From: Pavona decussata | Lineage: Eukaryota | Direction of reading: 5' to 3' | NCBI GenBank assembly: GCA_977016875.1 | Contig: CDRNST010000228.1 | Coordinates: 558,001-622,000, forward strand | DNA length: 64,000 nucleotides | In this document: piece by piece, positions 25,140-37,990 of the stretch | How positions within the stretch are numbered: position 1 is the first letter of the stretch | Layout: each line of letters starts with the position of its first letter | Translations under genes and position numbers: made by a program | Notes under the pieces: generated by a model | The model's input: the letters and a program-made list of their open reading frames with translations, nothing else | Databases searched by the model: none | Told to the model about the DNA's origin: nothing

Positions 25140-27370
25140 TTTGATGTATTCTTAAATTTTCATAATTCGAAAACGTTGATAGCACTCCTTTGTTTAGACA
25201 CCAATAACAAGATTTTCCTTTCCTTAATAGATTAACATCAATGCAAAGTTGGGAAACAAATCCAGTGACAGCTGAGAGTGCAACGGAATCTTTTCGGTTT
25301 AGCGGTGTTGATACGTTGTGGATTCTTCAAAGGAATACCCCTGTTGCCGACAGCCTGCCGGCCAATCTTTTGCCTTGCGGCAAATACTCTTCATTCCTTT
25401 CAATCTCTCCGCTCGGTTCCTGCCAATATGTTGTAAGAGCACTTGAAGTGCTTAGTGTGAACACCTTTTTTGCAGCAAAAGTCTTAGTGAACTTCAAGTG
25501 CACCTGAGCTTCAGTGGGAATCCACCTAATATGACAAAGAATATGTTTAAGAAAATTTCTCCTTTATTAGAAATTATAGTTAGGAAACATCTATCGAGGT
25601 ATTTGTCAGCTCAACATTGACAGCTTACGAGATACTCAGTGGATTCCAGCTACACAAAAGTTATTGCCACGGAAAGCAACATGTTGAAACGTCGCATAAG
25701 GGAGGCAACTGAGGCCTGGTTACGAAAGCCTTCTTTGAATAGAAACAATGGCTTCGAATAAGCCAACATCTTTGTCATCACTCATTTTCGTTTCTTTTTG
25801 ACTTTGTTTTCCTTCTGCTATATCTTTCTTATTTTTTTTTCTATTCTACTTAGTTACTTTTCATATCAATTGACGTACTTTACTGAACGCGCACAGTATT
25901 AGTTTTACTAGAGGTGCCCATCCACTCTCCTATCCCCCATTTGAATTGTATTTTTGAGATGCGTGTTAGTCTATGTTTTTTTTAATATCTCTTAATTTTG
26001 TACTTTGCGCTTATGTAACAGTAAGAGTGGAGAGTATAAATTGTCAGCTTGACCCTACAATTAATGGTTTTTCATGAACGTATTTTGTTCCCAAAGTCAA
26101 ATATCGATTTTTTTTTTCTAGAATCGTGTAGCGAAAGTATTAAGTGTTTGGTCAGTCATCACGATGACAACTATACTTCAAAAGCTGTAGCAAACATTGT
26201 TGAAAACCTATGTTCGTTTTTTGGAGGACACTAGTTTATATAAAGTTTGATCTTATAGTTTGTCGCTTTATAGGAATGTGTTTTGCTTCCCGGACACAAT
26301 AGCGAATTTAGGTTCCAGAGTCTTTTAGCCGAAGTCTAAGAAAGGGCCAAATGTGACATTTCAGTCAAATGTAAAGTCTGGGACAACGGATTCGCCCAAT
26401 TTTAGGCATAGTGGCCAATTTCTATATTGGAAACTTTGAAAGCAGAGTATTGGAGACCGCCCCCATTCCTCAAACTATATGTATTCTTAAATTTTCATAA
26501 CTCGAAAACGTTGATAGTAATCCTTTATTTAGACACCAATAATAAGATTTTCTTTTCATTAATAGATTAACATCAATGTAAAGTTGGGAATCAAATCCAC
26601 TGACATTTGAGAGTGCAAAGGAATCTTTTCGGTTTAGCGGTGTTGATACGTTGTGGATCCTCAAAGGAATACTCCTTTTGCCGACAGCCTGCCGGCCAAT
26701 CTTTTGCCTTGCGGCAAATACTCTTCATTCCTTTCAACCTGTCTGCTCGGTTCCTGCCCATATGTTGTAAGTGCACTTGAATTGCTTAGTGTGAACCCCT
26801 TTTATGCAGCAGAAGTCTTAGTGAACTTCAAGTGCACCTGAGCTTTAGTGAGAATCCACCTAATATGACAAATAATGTTTAAGAAAATTTCGCCATTATT
26901 AGAAATTATAGTTAGGAAACATCTATCGAGGTATTTGTCAGCTCAACATTGATAGTTCACGAGATACTCAGTGGATTCCAGCTACACAAAAGTTATTGCC
27001 ACGGAAAGCAACATGTTCAAACGTCGCACAAGGGAGGCAACTGAGGTCTGGTTGCGAAAGCCTTTTTTGAAAAGAGACAATGGCTTCGAATAAGCCAACA
27101 TCTTTGTCATCACTCATTTTCGTTTCTTTTTGATTTTGTTTTCCTTCTGCTATATCTTTCTTATTTTTTTTTTCTATTCTATTTAGTTACTTTTCTTATC
27201 AATTAACGTACTTTACTGAAGGCGCACAGTATCAGTTTTACTAGAGGTGCCCATCCACTCTCCTATCCCCCATTTGAATTGTATTTTTGAGTTGCGTGAT
27301 AGTCTATGCTTTTTTTAATACCTCCAAATTGTGTATTTGGCGCTTATGTAACAGCAATAATAGAGAGTAT
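25140..27370 (+). repeat. Local direct duplication ~900 bp (25140-26040 vs 26478-27370)
   Basis: Highly similar blocks; ORFs 25241 and 26653 are the same sequence. Confidence 0.88.
25605..25775 (+). mobile_element. Penelope-like GIY-YIG C-terminal fragment (copy ~26935-27110)
   Basis: TKVIATESNMLKRRIREATEAWLRKPSLNRNNGFE, matching the PLE tail RxIxEAIxI...LNRDxG. Confidence 0.7.
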
Positions 27371-27399
27371 AAAAAAAAAAAAAAGTCAAAAATTGATTT

Positions 27400-30300
27400 A
27401 GCCTACATTGTTTCTCTTATTTTATAACTATATACAGTTTCTTGAGCGACATGATACCTGACTTCTTTAACGGTCTATTACGTAGTCTTTTACGTTACTG
27501 ATAGATATCAAATTTACACCGTTGAAGTTTGAAGTTTTTCAGAATATTACTATGCCGATTATGAATCAAAAACCTCGAGGTCAGTAAATTGAATTTTTTT
27601 TTTTTGCCATCCAGATTTCTTTTACATATGTAACAATCCAATCCTTGAACTATGGTATAGAAAAATTCAAATGTGCAAGAGTAGAAAAATATATATGTTG
27701 TATTTCAAGTAATGTACTATAACATTTCAATGCTGACTCTTTCTGTGGTAATAGTGAATGGACAGTAAATTAAACCCAGCTTTGATGACGTGTCTTGAAA
27801 ATGTTGTAAATATGTACCTTGAAATAATCGTTTGAAGCCACCAAATTTTACTTATTTCTTCTGTTGCGATCTTGAGAACAAGCTTTTATTTGAGATTGTT
27901 GCCATTAGATTTTTTTGTATGTTTTTTTTTTTAATTTCACTGTTTGAAAAAGCTCAGTAACGGCTGTATAGATGGATTTTTGTGAAACACTTACCACGCA
28001 CACTTTATGATGCGAAAAACTTTATTCAAAGTTTCATTGAAGTCGTTTGTCAAGAACATCTTTTAATTATAACGAAGGAGACAACGCATTACCCAACGGA
28101 AGTTTTCAATCTAGGTTTCAAATTCGCTATTGACAAGTCATGCTAATATTTTCATTTAAGTGTGTATGATATTCCTCCGGGACTGTTATATTTAGATACA
28201 TATTACATTGTTATTCTATTTTGTAAGTAAAATTTAAAACTCACGAAAGAATGCATGTTATGTTAATATTGAATTTCAACGCAAGCTTCTGTCGGTCATC
28301 GTTTAAAGTAATCCCAGATAATCAATTTCAATAAAGCCTTAAGATAAAAAAATGTCCACGTCATCAAGTATGCGTGGTGAAGGCTTAAAGAAAACCGAAA
28401 ATGTTCTACAATATATCGTATAAACATTGTTTTTTTTTTTAATATTGTTTTATATTGCTATTATTTTGATTCAAACGCGACAATAATACATAATATTGGG
28501 TCATGTGAAAGCATTGAGGGGTTTGAGGGATGTTAGTAGAACAAGAATGGACAAGGGTAGAAAACATAATGTTTGTTAGGATTTCAAGTTAATCAGGAAA
28601 ACATTTCAAAAAAACTGAATACAGTATTTGTATAGATGATAGCTAGCCTGTAGTCGTATTTGGTAATAATATCGCGAGTAATATTTCAAAATTGGGAAGT
28701 CATGTTATACGCTCCTATTCTTCTAAAATAAGTATGTGCAACATAATAATCACGGAAGAATGTCGCACACATTAAAAGGAATATGTATTAACATATTATG
28801 GTAACGCCCATTTAGACGTTCTCTTTATGCATCCTATTTATTGTTAAACCTAAAAGTGTTCCAGAAAATCGATTTCTACAAAACTTTAAGGCAAAAATGT
28901 TAACATCATTAACTATGCGTGGTAAAGATTTGAAGAAATCTATTGGGCCTTTCTGAGAGAAAAAAAAAATGAAAATTACAAGAATTGTTAGGCAAGCAAT
29001 ATCAAAGTAAGAAATTCGTTTTCAAGCTGGCAACAGTGAAAACCAACAAGGCTTTCGTGGCGTCAAAGAATAACTTCAAGGCGCAGTTGGACAATATTTT
29101 TTAGTCCTTTTTTTCAAAAGTATTCTTTAGTTTTTGTTCTATTTGCCTTTACCTTACAAACTCTATAGTTTGAACTGATTTGTGATTTATTTCAAATCAA
29201 ACATACATAATTATTTCATTTTTGTATATTTTGATTGCATACAAATGACATTCTTCAATATTTTAATATAAGTTTTTCTAATTCAAATCTAGAACGCGCA
29301 AAATTCTGCATTATCTGATTGCGGTTGTTTTGTTTACCGACGTCATGGCAATATCGATTTTGCCAAAATATATATACCTCCAAACTTCAATCCAATGCCA
29401 ATAACTGGTGTAAATGTCACATCGATCGATAGAAGAGAAGACTACCCAGTAGCTGTTTGAAAAAGGGAGGCATGGTCCCTCAAAAAAACTGTATCGAGCC
29501 ACCTTAAATGTCTGTCAAGGTAGGCAATTGAATTTGAACTTGCTTTCATGTATATCGAATAATTTCCCGTAAATCACAGACTAATGGTATTCAACGCGAT
29601 CGGAATACGCTTCACGAAAGTTTAATAACAAAAACCTTAAAGGTATGTTAACTTTTACTTTACGCAATTCTACTATCTTCAAACAGCCTGACATTTTTTG
29701 ATTGTGCTACTTATTGCATTACATGAGAAATAGGCTCAATGATTGTTTCAGATATGTATACGGTTCTCGTCCAAAGCCGTGTTGGGCATGTTGATGTTTC
29801 TATAAAATAGTTTTTTTTATTACGCATACACGAATCATAGACAAAAATATCAAAAAAGTGATTCCTTAAACTCTAGACAGATCGCCTTTATTTTGTTTCC
29901 ATAAATGACATTATTAGTTTTACTCAATGCTGCTAACTCACCACTAGTGAAGCCGTGGAACGTTAACGCTGATTTAGACGGTACAGCTTTCTTGTATGCC
30001 ACAGGATTGATGTGTTAATCACAATTTCAACTTCCCTACGATTTTAAAATTGTTTGCAAGAAGCTAGCAGTGTGTGATTAAGAAATTGTACACGAAAGGC
30101 CTGCTCAAAGACTCCACTTTTCAAACACGCTTGATCGTGGAAAAAAGATTCTAGTCTTCGCCGCTCGAACGATGTAAACGAGTAATAATCGAAAAATATT
30201 TTGGTCTTCGAGCCCGTCTAGTTTACTGCCACATAAATTTAGGAATTATTATTGGAATTTTAGTCTATCATTTCCGGCTTAATCTTGACCTTGTGAAAAC

Positions 30301-31140
30301 AATTAGTTGGTAAGAAACATCGATTTCTTGAACTATTTTAGAAAACAACCCTTTAGGATTGGTATTTAGAAACAAGGAACAAGAAAATGGTCACCATACT
30401 GCACGGACAAGCAATTTGAATTTGTAAGAGCGTCTGTTAAGCTGACTGCTCCTTTGTTCTCTGTTTAATTTGATACTTATTCTGTTCAGCTGAAGTTGAC
30501 GTCAGAAGGACTGATCAATAATTCACGGATAGCCCTTTTTGATCATCCTAAATGTATATTGTTATACAGAGGTTTTGTACTGTAGAAATAATTATGAAAA
30601 ATGAAGCAAGGTTTAGCTATTGATATTACGCCTTAGTCTTGTGACTGTAGCCAAAGCAAAAAAAAAAAATGTTTGCAAATTGTTACAAATATCAGTTCCT
30701 ACGCATCCTTTGCCACAAAACGTTTACATAACAACTAACTTTTGACTAATTAGTTTCAGATGCAGTAATCACGGAAACAATTTTAATTTAAAAGCTTTAA
30801 CCACCATTACTTAAAAAAACATATTTGCTTTTAGAGCAACTACTTCATAGAAAAATAAGCTTGACCTTACAATTAATCGTTTTTAATGAACGTGTTTTGT
30901 TCCCAAAGTCAATATCAATTTTTTTTTCTAGAATCGTGTAGCGAAAGTATTAACTGTTTGGTCAGTCATCACGATGAAAACTATACTTCAAAAGCTGTAG
31001 GAAGCATTGTTTAAAACCTGTATTCGTTTTATGGAGGACACTAGTTTATATAAAGTTTGACCTTGCAGTTTGTCTCTTTATAAGAATGTGTTTTGCTTCC
31101 CGAATACAATAGCGAATTTAGGTTCCAGAGTCTTTTAGCC
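27400..31140 (+). pseudogene. Decayed multi-exon gene, partial copy II (paralog of ~20470-24570)
   Basis: Homologous blocks, e.g. 28865 vs 21130 and 29340 vs 21600. Confidence 0.5.
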
Positions 31141-31149
31141 GACAACCGA

Positions 31150-31590
31150 TTGGCCCAATTTTAGGCATAGTGGCAAATTTCTATATTGGAAACTTTGAAA
31201 GCAGAGTGTTGGAGACCGCCCCGATCCCTCAAACTGTGTGATATTAACATGTTGATGGCACGATGAAAAAAATGCAGTGGGCTCCTTTCATGCCATTGAT
31301 CTGTACATCAAGTTCACGTCAGACAAGGAAAAGAACGGCACAATTCCATTCCGGGAAACCTGGTCACATATGAACGATACTGCTCAACGAAGGTCACAGT
31401 GTAGCGGAAACCGACCGACTCATACTGATCTGTACCTGGATTTCTATTAGTTCACGGTCGAAAGGGACCGTCCCTCCCTGGGACGTGAAGAGGAGAGGCC
31501 ATGGGAAAGAGGCAGACAACTGAGGTCTGATTACGAAAACCTTCTTTGAATAGAGACAATGGCTTCGAATTAGCCAACATCTTTTTCATC
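31150..31590 (+). mobile_element. Penelope-like element relic (RT C-terminus, internal deletion, GIY-YIG tail)
   Basis: IVANFYI, IKFTSDKEKNGTIPF, VTVxRKP..THTDLYLDF and LRKPSLNRDNGFELANIF. Confidence 0.78.
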
Positions 31591-32939
31591 ATGTCAGTTT
31601 CGTTTCTCTTTGTTTTTTGTTTTCCTTCTGGCATATCTTTCTTGTTTTTTTTCTATTCTACTTAGTCACTTTTCTTATCAATTTACTTCAAGCACAGTAT
31701 TAGTTTTACTAGAGGTGCCCTTCTACTCTTCTCTCCCCTATTTGAATTGAATTGTTGAGCTGCTTGTTAGTTTATGTGTTTTTAATACCTCCAACTTTTG
31801 TATATGTAACCGTAAGAGTGGAGAGTATAAATAAAAAAAAAATCAACAAAATGTCACATATCTCAGGCTGAAAGCACGAACGCGAAATTAGACGTGTGGG
31901 AATAGGTTGTCATGGGCAATATACCTTGGAAGCGTGTGATTTTTTCCAGCAAGAGAATTACTTTGTGACAAAATAAAGGAAGGTTTCCTTATCGTTTTAA
32001 TTCGTGTATTGTTAAAAGGAACAGCTTAAAGATCTGCGATAGGAAAGGAAGACTGCCAGACTTTGTAACTAGAAAAGAGCTACATTTTCAAATACTTTCT
32101 AGTCTCACTTTACCTACATCTGGGATAGAAATTGTAAATACGTACATTAAATATAATCACTGAAAATCATGGTATGTCGCCTTCCATTTTGCTAGCTCCG
32201 ACTGGATCATGAATACATCAGAGTAAAATAGAAAAAAAAAATAAAAATAAAAAAAATGTACGTTCAAACATGTTAAAACATGTTCGGGTAAAAAAAAAAA
32301 AACTAGAACTTTAGTACACAGTTGCATTTTGAAGAAATTTTAATGCTCTAAGTGTTCTCAGTGTTTAGTACAAAGAAATGAATCGCTGTGCAAACTGAAC
32401 GAGAAACATAAAAACGCTAAAAAAAAAAGGTCCATACAGACGACTTCTCTAAAATTTCTGGCAACACTTCGTTGAAAAATTATTGTCAACAAAAAAGCGA
32501 CAGTATCTTACTTAATTGAGCAAATGTGCATCATTATAATTGTTTTTACTTAATAGAACAATGTTTGACTCCGCCATTTCCGTCAATTGTTTTTGGCTAC
32601 TCGGCCAGTAAAAGCCGTTATGATTTTCTCAAGGCTTTGTCTCTGTATATACCATTCTAATGTTGTTGTTGTTTTTTCAGCTGCGAAGTTATTTTCCATT
32701 TTAGCAAATAAATCCTCACGGTTGGATTATTCTTGGTCCAGTATCTTTTGTTGTCATTGTTTTATATTTTGTTTAAGGTTTTGCCGATGAAGCATTCACT
32801 GTCGCTCTATTTTAAGTACCCACTTAAACGAAGAACGGCATTTAAGATCATCGCAATTAGTATATCTTAGCGTGTACTTGGCCCGGTCTGAGAACGCCCT
32901 AAAAGTGAAGCATCACGTTAATTAGTATTGTTTCATAAT

Positions 32940-34719
32940 TTTTTTTTAGCCCCGTTGATAAGAGATTTTGGTAAACCCATCTTTGCGAAAAATCTTGGTT
33001 ATGACGTCACTGTCCGTCCGGCGTACGTACGTACGTACGTTTGCTCCTCTATGTAAGCCATTGTGAAATGACACACTCAGCTCAACTTGTGCAGCAACCT
33101 GCGTTTTTTCGGCGGGAAGTGGGATGGCCTTCTTCTTTTAGAAAACAAACGAGAATTTTGAAAAGCACTAATTTCTTGTATTCGTTGAATATGTTGTCAA
33201 ACTACATATGTCGAGAAAGCAGGCAACTAGTAAGGAAATTTGAACCCCAAGAGCGACGAACAAACAGGCGAAATGTCAGTTGAAAACAAACATGAGGTGA
33301 GCTGGATGAGTAAGCAACTCGCAAGTCGCATAGAAATTTAATGCAAATGTATTTAACATACTTCAAATTATACACAAATACTTAAATCGTTGCCATACGA
33401 CAAATATTCGTGGATAAATTAATTTTGAATAATCACAGAGCTATTCACAGAGTTATGTTTTGTGTTGGACTTGTGTAATTCATTCGCAGGGCACATTTGT
33501 AAACACGCAGTAAACGTTTAAATATTTCGGACAAAACCAAACATTATTTTTCCTGTATTTTCCGTTTTTTAACGTTTACTAAGAGACTAGAATTATTTAT
33601 GTAAGAGAAACATTAACAGACTTCTCTAATTCATTTGCAATTCGCAGCGCATAAGTTTTGTAAACACGCTCTAATTTTAAATTAAAGGGCTCACTGAAAT
33701 ATTTCGGTCCACAACCAAACATTATTTTTCCTGCATTCTCCGTTTGCTAACGTTTACTTAGAGACTATAATTATTTCTGTGAAAAATATTTACAGAGTTA
33801 TGAATTGTTTTAAACATTTTGTGCTGGACTCGTGTAATTCGTTCGCAATTCACAGCGCATAAGTTTTGTAAAGACACTTAAATTTTAAGCGCTCACTGAA
33901 ATATTTAGGGCCACAAGCAAACATTGTTTCTCCTGTATTCTCCGTTTGTTAACGTTTACCTAGGAACTAGAATTATTTTTGTGAGAAAAATATTCACAGA
34001 GTTATGAATTGTTTTGAACATTTTGTGCTGGACTTCTCTCATTCATTCGCAATTCGCAGCGCATAAGTTTTGTAAACACGCTCTAATTTTAAATTAAAGC
34101 GCTTACTGAAATATTTCAGTCTACAACCAAACATTAGTTCTCCTGCATTCTCCGTTTGTTAACGTTTTTTTGTTAGAGACTAGAATTATTTCTGTAAGAA
34201 AAATATTCACAGAGTTATGAATTGTTTTCAACATTTTGTGCTGGACTTGTTTAATTCGTTCGCAATTCACAGCGCATAAGTTTTGTAAAGACATTTAAAT
34301 TTTAAGCGCTAACTGAAATATTTCAGGCCACAGTCAAACACTATTTTTCCTGCATTCTCCTTTTGTTAACGCTTACTTAGAGACTAGAATTATTTCTGCA
34401 CGAGAAATATTCACAGAGTTATGGATTGTTTTGAACATTTTGTGCTGGACTTGTGTAATTCGTTCGCAAATCACAGCGCATAAGTTTTGTAAACACGCTT
34501 TAATTTTAAGCGCAAACTGAAATATTTCGGGCCACAACCAAACATTATTTTTCCTGTATTCTTTTCTTAAATTTTCGTTAGAGACTAGAATTATTTCTTT
34601 AGGAGAAATATTCCTAACGTTATTACGTTCATACAATAAGCAGAGTAGCATGTATATAAATGCTATTAAATAGGAATTGTGGAGCTCCGCTTTTAGGCTT
34701 GGCTAAATATATATATTAT
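32940..34719 (+). mobile_element. DINE/HINE-like non-autonomous rolling-circle (Helentron-type) element with internal minisatellite
   Basis: T-rich site; short subterminal inverted repeat tttagcc (32945) / ggctaaa (34701); (GTCC/GTAC)n at ~33012-33040; internal tandem array; 3' palindrome ggagctcc. Absent from paralogous copies. Confidence 0.6.
33430..34625. repeat. Minisatellite, ~200 bp unit, ~6 copies
   Basis: acagagttatg...gcgcataagttttgtaaa...gagacta[g/t]aattattt recurs at ~33446, 33793, 33994, 34208 and 34412, with degenerate units near 33613 and 34612. Confidence 0.9.
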
Positions 34720-35560
34720 TTAGGTTTCAAATAATCCAAAATGTGGACGTACTACAATTTAATATTTCTTTTTCTCTCTCCATTTTTTTTTTTCTTTCGG
34801 CCTTTCGGATGTTTGACAGGAATTTCAAAAATGACGCAAAAACAAAATTATCATAAAGCTACTAAAAGAGCGGATGTATGTATATGAACTAATGATCGTT
34901 CTTTTTGCTCCAATGAGATGGCCTCTCACGTTAAAAGAGTGCAGAGGTTTCATTTGGAATTGAGCGGATACTTATAACCCGAGAAAATGTCGTCACTTGT
35001 CAATCTTACTCTTAGAATACGCAATACAACAATACAACTTTATTTAACGTGGTCAGTACGCTTAGCTAAAAATACAGCTGAGATAACTCTAAGATAGTTT
35101 ACAGGTACGCCACGATAAACAAAACAATTAAAATTAAAAATATTTACAACTCCAGTAAGTAAAAACACTACATTCTACAAGCCAGTTGCTGTAGACTTTT
35201 AATCGTTTATTAAAAAAAGGTCACACCAGCCTATTGTATATATTTATTGTTTCATAGAGATTTTTTTCTATTTTAGGTTTCAAACAATTAAAAATATTTC
35301 TTTCTACCTTTGGAATGTTTGACAGGAAATTCAAACCAAAATTGTTATACAAAAAAAAAATGCAATAATAATAAAAAAAACCACGCAAAGGCATATGTGC
35401 GCAAATGTCGTAAATTTTATTGCAATAAGATAGCCTCTAAGAGAGTGCCGAGACTACAACTGAAATCTCGAGAATTGAAAGTAAGATAGCTCTGGATAGA
35501 CTTCATCTGACTGCACAGTAAACTTGCCTTACTGTCATAACCTACCGTGCGGGCGTTTAA

Positions 35561-35890
35561 AGTGCCCCTGGGACGAAAATGTCATTTTCCATCTTTTTGC
35601 ATTTTCGTGTAGAATATGACCTTCTTACTCATGTTGCCAAATTTCAATCCTTTACGGCGATTGGAAGTATTTTTTTTTAGCTTTTTATTCGAGATTTCAC
35701 GGCCACCATTACTTGGCGTCGTTCCGGAAGTTAAGGCTCAAATTACAGGAAGTGACGTCATTGGCTCAACACAAAAAAATTCCACATGGCTAATTTTCAT
35801 ACGGATTCTACTTCATAAACTGTATTCTGCTGTTATTTAGTTCGCAACAGCAGAAAAGATGGAAAATGAAATTTTCGTCCCAGGAGCACT
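35561..35890. mobile_element. TTAA-TSD MITE (Kolobok-like purine termini)
   Basis: ttaa|agtgcccctgggacgaaaatgtcattttccatctttt ... aaaagatggaaaatgaaattttcgtcccaggagcact|ttaa. Confidence 0.85.
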
Positions 35891-36344
35891 TTAAACAAGC
35901 TTGTAAATAGCTTATATTCTCGCGAGCATCCTTCTGATATGTACATCACTTTACATTGTTCGTAAAGTGCGAGTCCAATAGTAACGAAAGTTCTGCGAGG
36001 TTCTTCTTTAAGTTTAACAATTTTGTGGATTTCCAGGTTTGCAATAATTATAACAATTATATTCAGCAAAACGCATAGCAAGGAAAATATTGAACTTCTT
36101 GAGTGCACAAATTTCAACCTTACGCTTGGGCAGAAAAGGACAACATATACAGAGAAGCTGGTGATTTGACACACACTATTTTGCGGTCAGGTGAATGTCA
36201 CTACCAGGCTCGGTTCTAATTATTCATTTTTGGGGATTTAGATTTGGGAATCTAGAATTTAAATGACGACAATAAATAAATTATCTTACTCGTTTTAGCA
36301 CTGGTATTCAACTGACTTCCTTAAAAGAGTCCTAAACCTATACA

Positions 36345-36840
36345 GGTCAATTATCATTGATAGATTTGGAAGAAGCCAACGACCTTCTCAGTGAACAGGT
36401 TTCCTTGGGGCTTTCACCTGCTCCCATCATCAGACCATCCTCCCAAGTGAAAAAGTCATCATCTGGAGTCAGGTAGGTAGTTGTGCTGCTCCCGATATAA
36501 CATTGCTTGTTTGAAGATTTTTCGGTTTCCGTAATCAATATTTTTTTTACGGGATGGGGGGATTGGTCCTATGCCCAATCCCCAACCTAGAGGGCCAGGG
36601 TTTTCTGTTTGGTTGACTTTCCCCTAGCCACTACATCCCGTTATTTATAAAGGCGCCGGATACTCGCCTTATGCCGTTGCCGCTCAGTTGCGGTGGGACT
36701 GCATTACCAAGTTTATGACGAGGACATGCGACAGCCGACTTGGCGGCAGAGCCTATAACACGGTGGGAATTTCCCAGCATTTATGAAGCACACCTGGTGG
36801 CCCCAGTGTACTCCACGAGGGCCTCTTACCACCCTTGAAC
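36345..36840. mobile_element. RTE-clade LINE-related fragment
   Basis: ttttacgggatgggg...cccaacctagagggccaggg motif, recalled from RTE 5' regions, plus a minus-strand PKET..RR remnant. Family assignment is from memory only. Confidence 0.4.
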
Positions 36841-37990
36841 CATGAATTATCATTGAGCTTTGATTAAATCAAATTCTATTTGAAAAGGTCACGTCGACTT
36901 ATTTCATCACTACAGTGAACGGAAATAGTACATGTTACCATTCTAATTCCCCAACATTTTAAGGTAACTGATGTCTGCTTTTGTTAAGACTGAACTGTAA
37001 TGTGAACAATATATCTTATAATTTTTTAAGTGATGGGTCGATTTTAATGCATTTAAAAAATTGACAAAAGACTAGTCAGCTAGAACGAATGTCGCAAAAA
37101 TAAAAAACAAATAAGTAAATAAATAAATAAATAGGATAAATTAAAGCAGCTTGACGCCGTCTCCGACAAAGAATGTTATATAATGTTCATCAAATAAAAA
37201 AAAAAAAATAATAACAAGAAAATAAAAATTCAGAGTTATTAGTTACGGAAACTGACCAAGCTGTCTTAAGTCTGAATTTAAAGTAATAAAACTATTCGAT
37301 TTTCTATACTGAGACTCGATATCAAGACCACAGCTTCTTTCAGGTTCATTTTCTTAAAATAGTCATGGATGTGTTGTCTCCCAAACAGTAAGCCTCGCAG
37401 CTTTGTCCTTCTGCCTTCCTTTGTTTACTTTCAATTTTAATTGCTATATTTGAAGACTATTATGATCACCTCTTTTGTATCTAAGTAAAAAACCCTAAAA
37501 TCTATTAAAGTCGTTAATGGTGCGTACTTTCGCGAAGTTAACGAAAAATCGCAGCACTTTAACAATATCTTTACATCAGTCGACTCATAAGTGTACAAAT
37601 TTCGGACACAGAATGGAAACTGTTTGTGGGATCCATTCTTCCACTTGTTATATAACTGCATTTAAAAAATGTCTCGATACATTTTTTTGAACGACCATAC
37701 TTGAGTTTTTAACTGTCTGTTAGGTGATCTTTTACCTTACTGATACATATCAAATTCACACCAGTTATTGGCCTTGTATTGAATTTCTTCAGGATTAATT
37801 AATATTTTGGAAACATCGATATTACTATGACAACCATAAACCAAAAACCTTGAGTTCAGTAAATTACTTTTTTCGCCATCCAGATTTGTATTATACATGC
37901 AACCATCCAACCCTTAATCTTTGGTATAGAAAAAATCAAACGGACAAGAATAGAAACAAATTATGTATCATGGATTTCAATTAAATTACT

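Larger units (their letters stand above)
6262..25198 (+). repeat. Segmental duplication copy 1 (~19 kb)
   Basis: Collinear with 40640-58918, e.g. 7543/42629, 11947/45870, 14629/48606, 21130/54881, 25140/58860. Confidence 0.93.
17025..25530 (+). pseudogene. Decayed multi-exon gene of unknown family, copy I (boundaries approximate)
   Basis: Splice-bounded blocks conserved across copies: 17025-, 17555-, 19166-19290, 19495-19592, 19814-, ~20335-, 20607-20664, 21130-, ~21511-. Phase-compatible joins (C|TA, G|AA) and third-position-biased differences between copies; many stops. Confidence 0.5.

Noticed and set aside
33430-34625. CRISPR-like periodicity
   Set aside because: Whole ~200 bp units repeat with no unique spacers and no cas genes; the context is eukaryotic.
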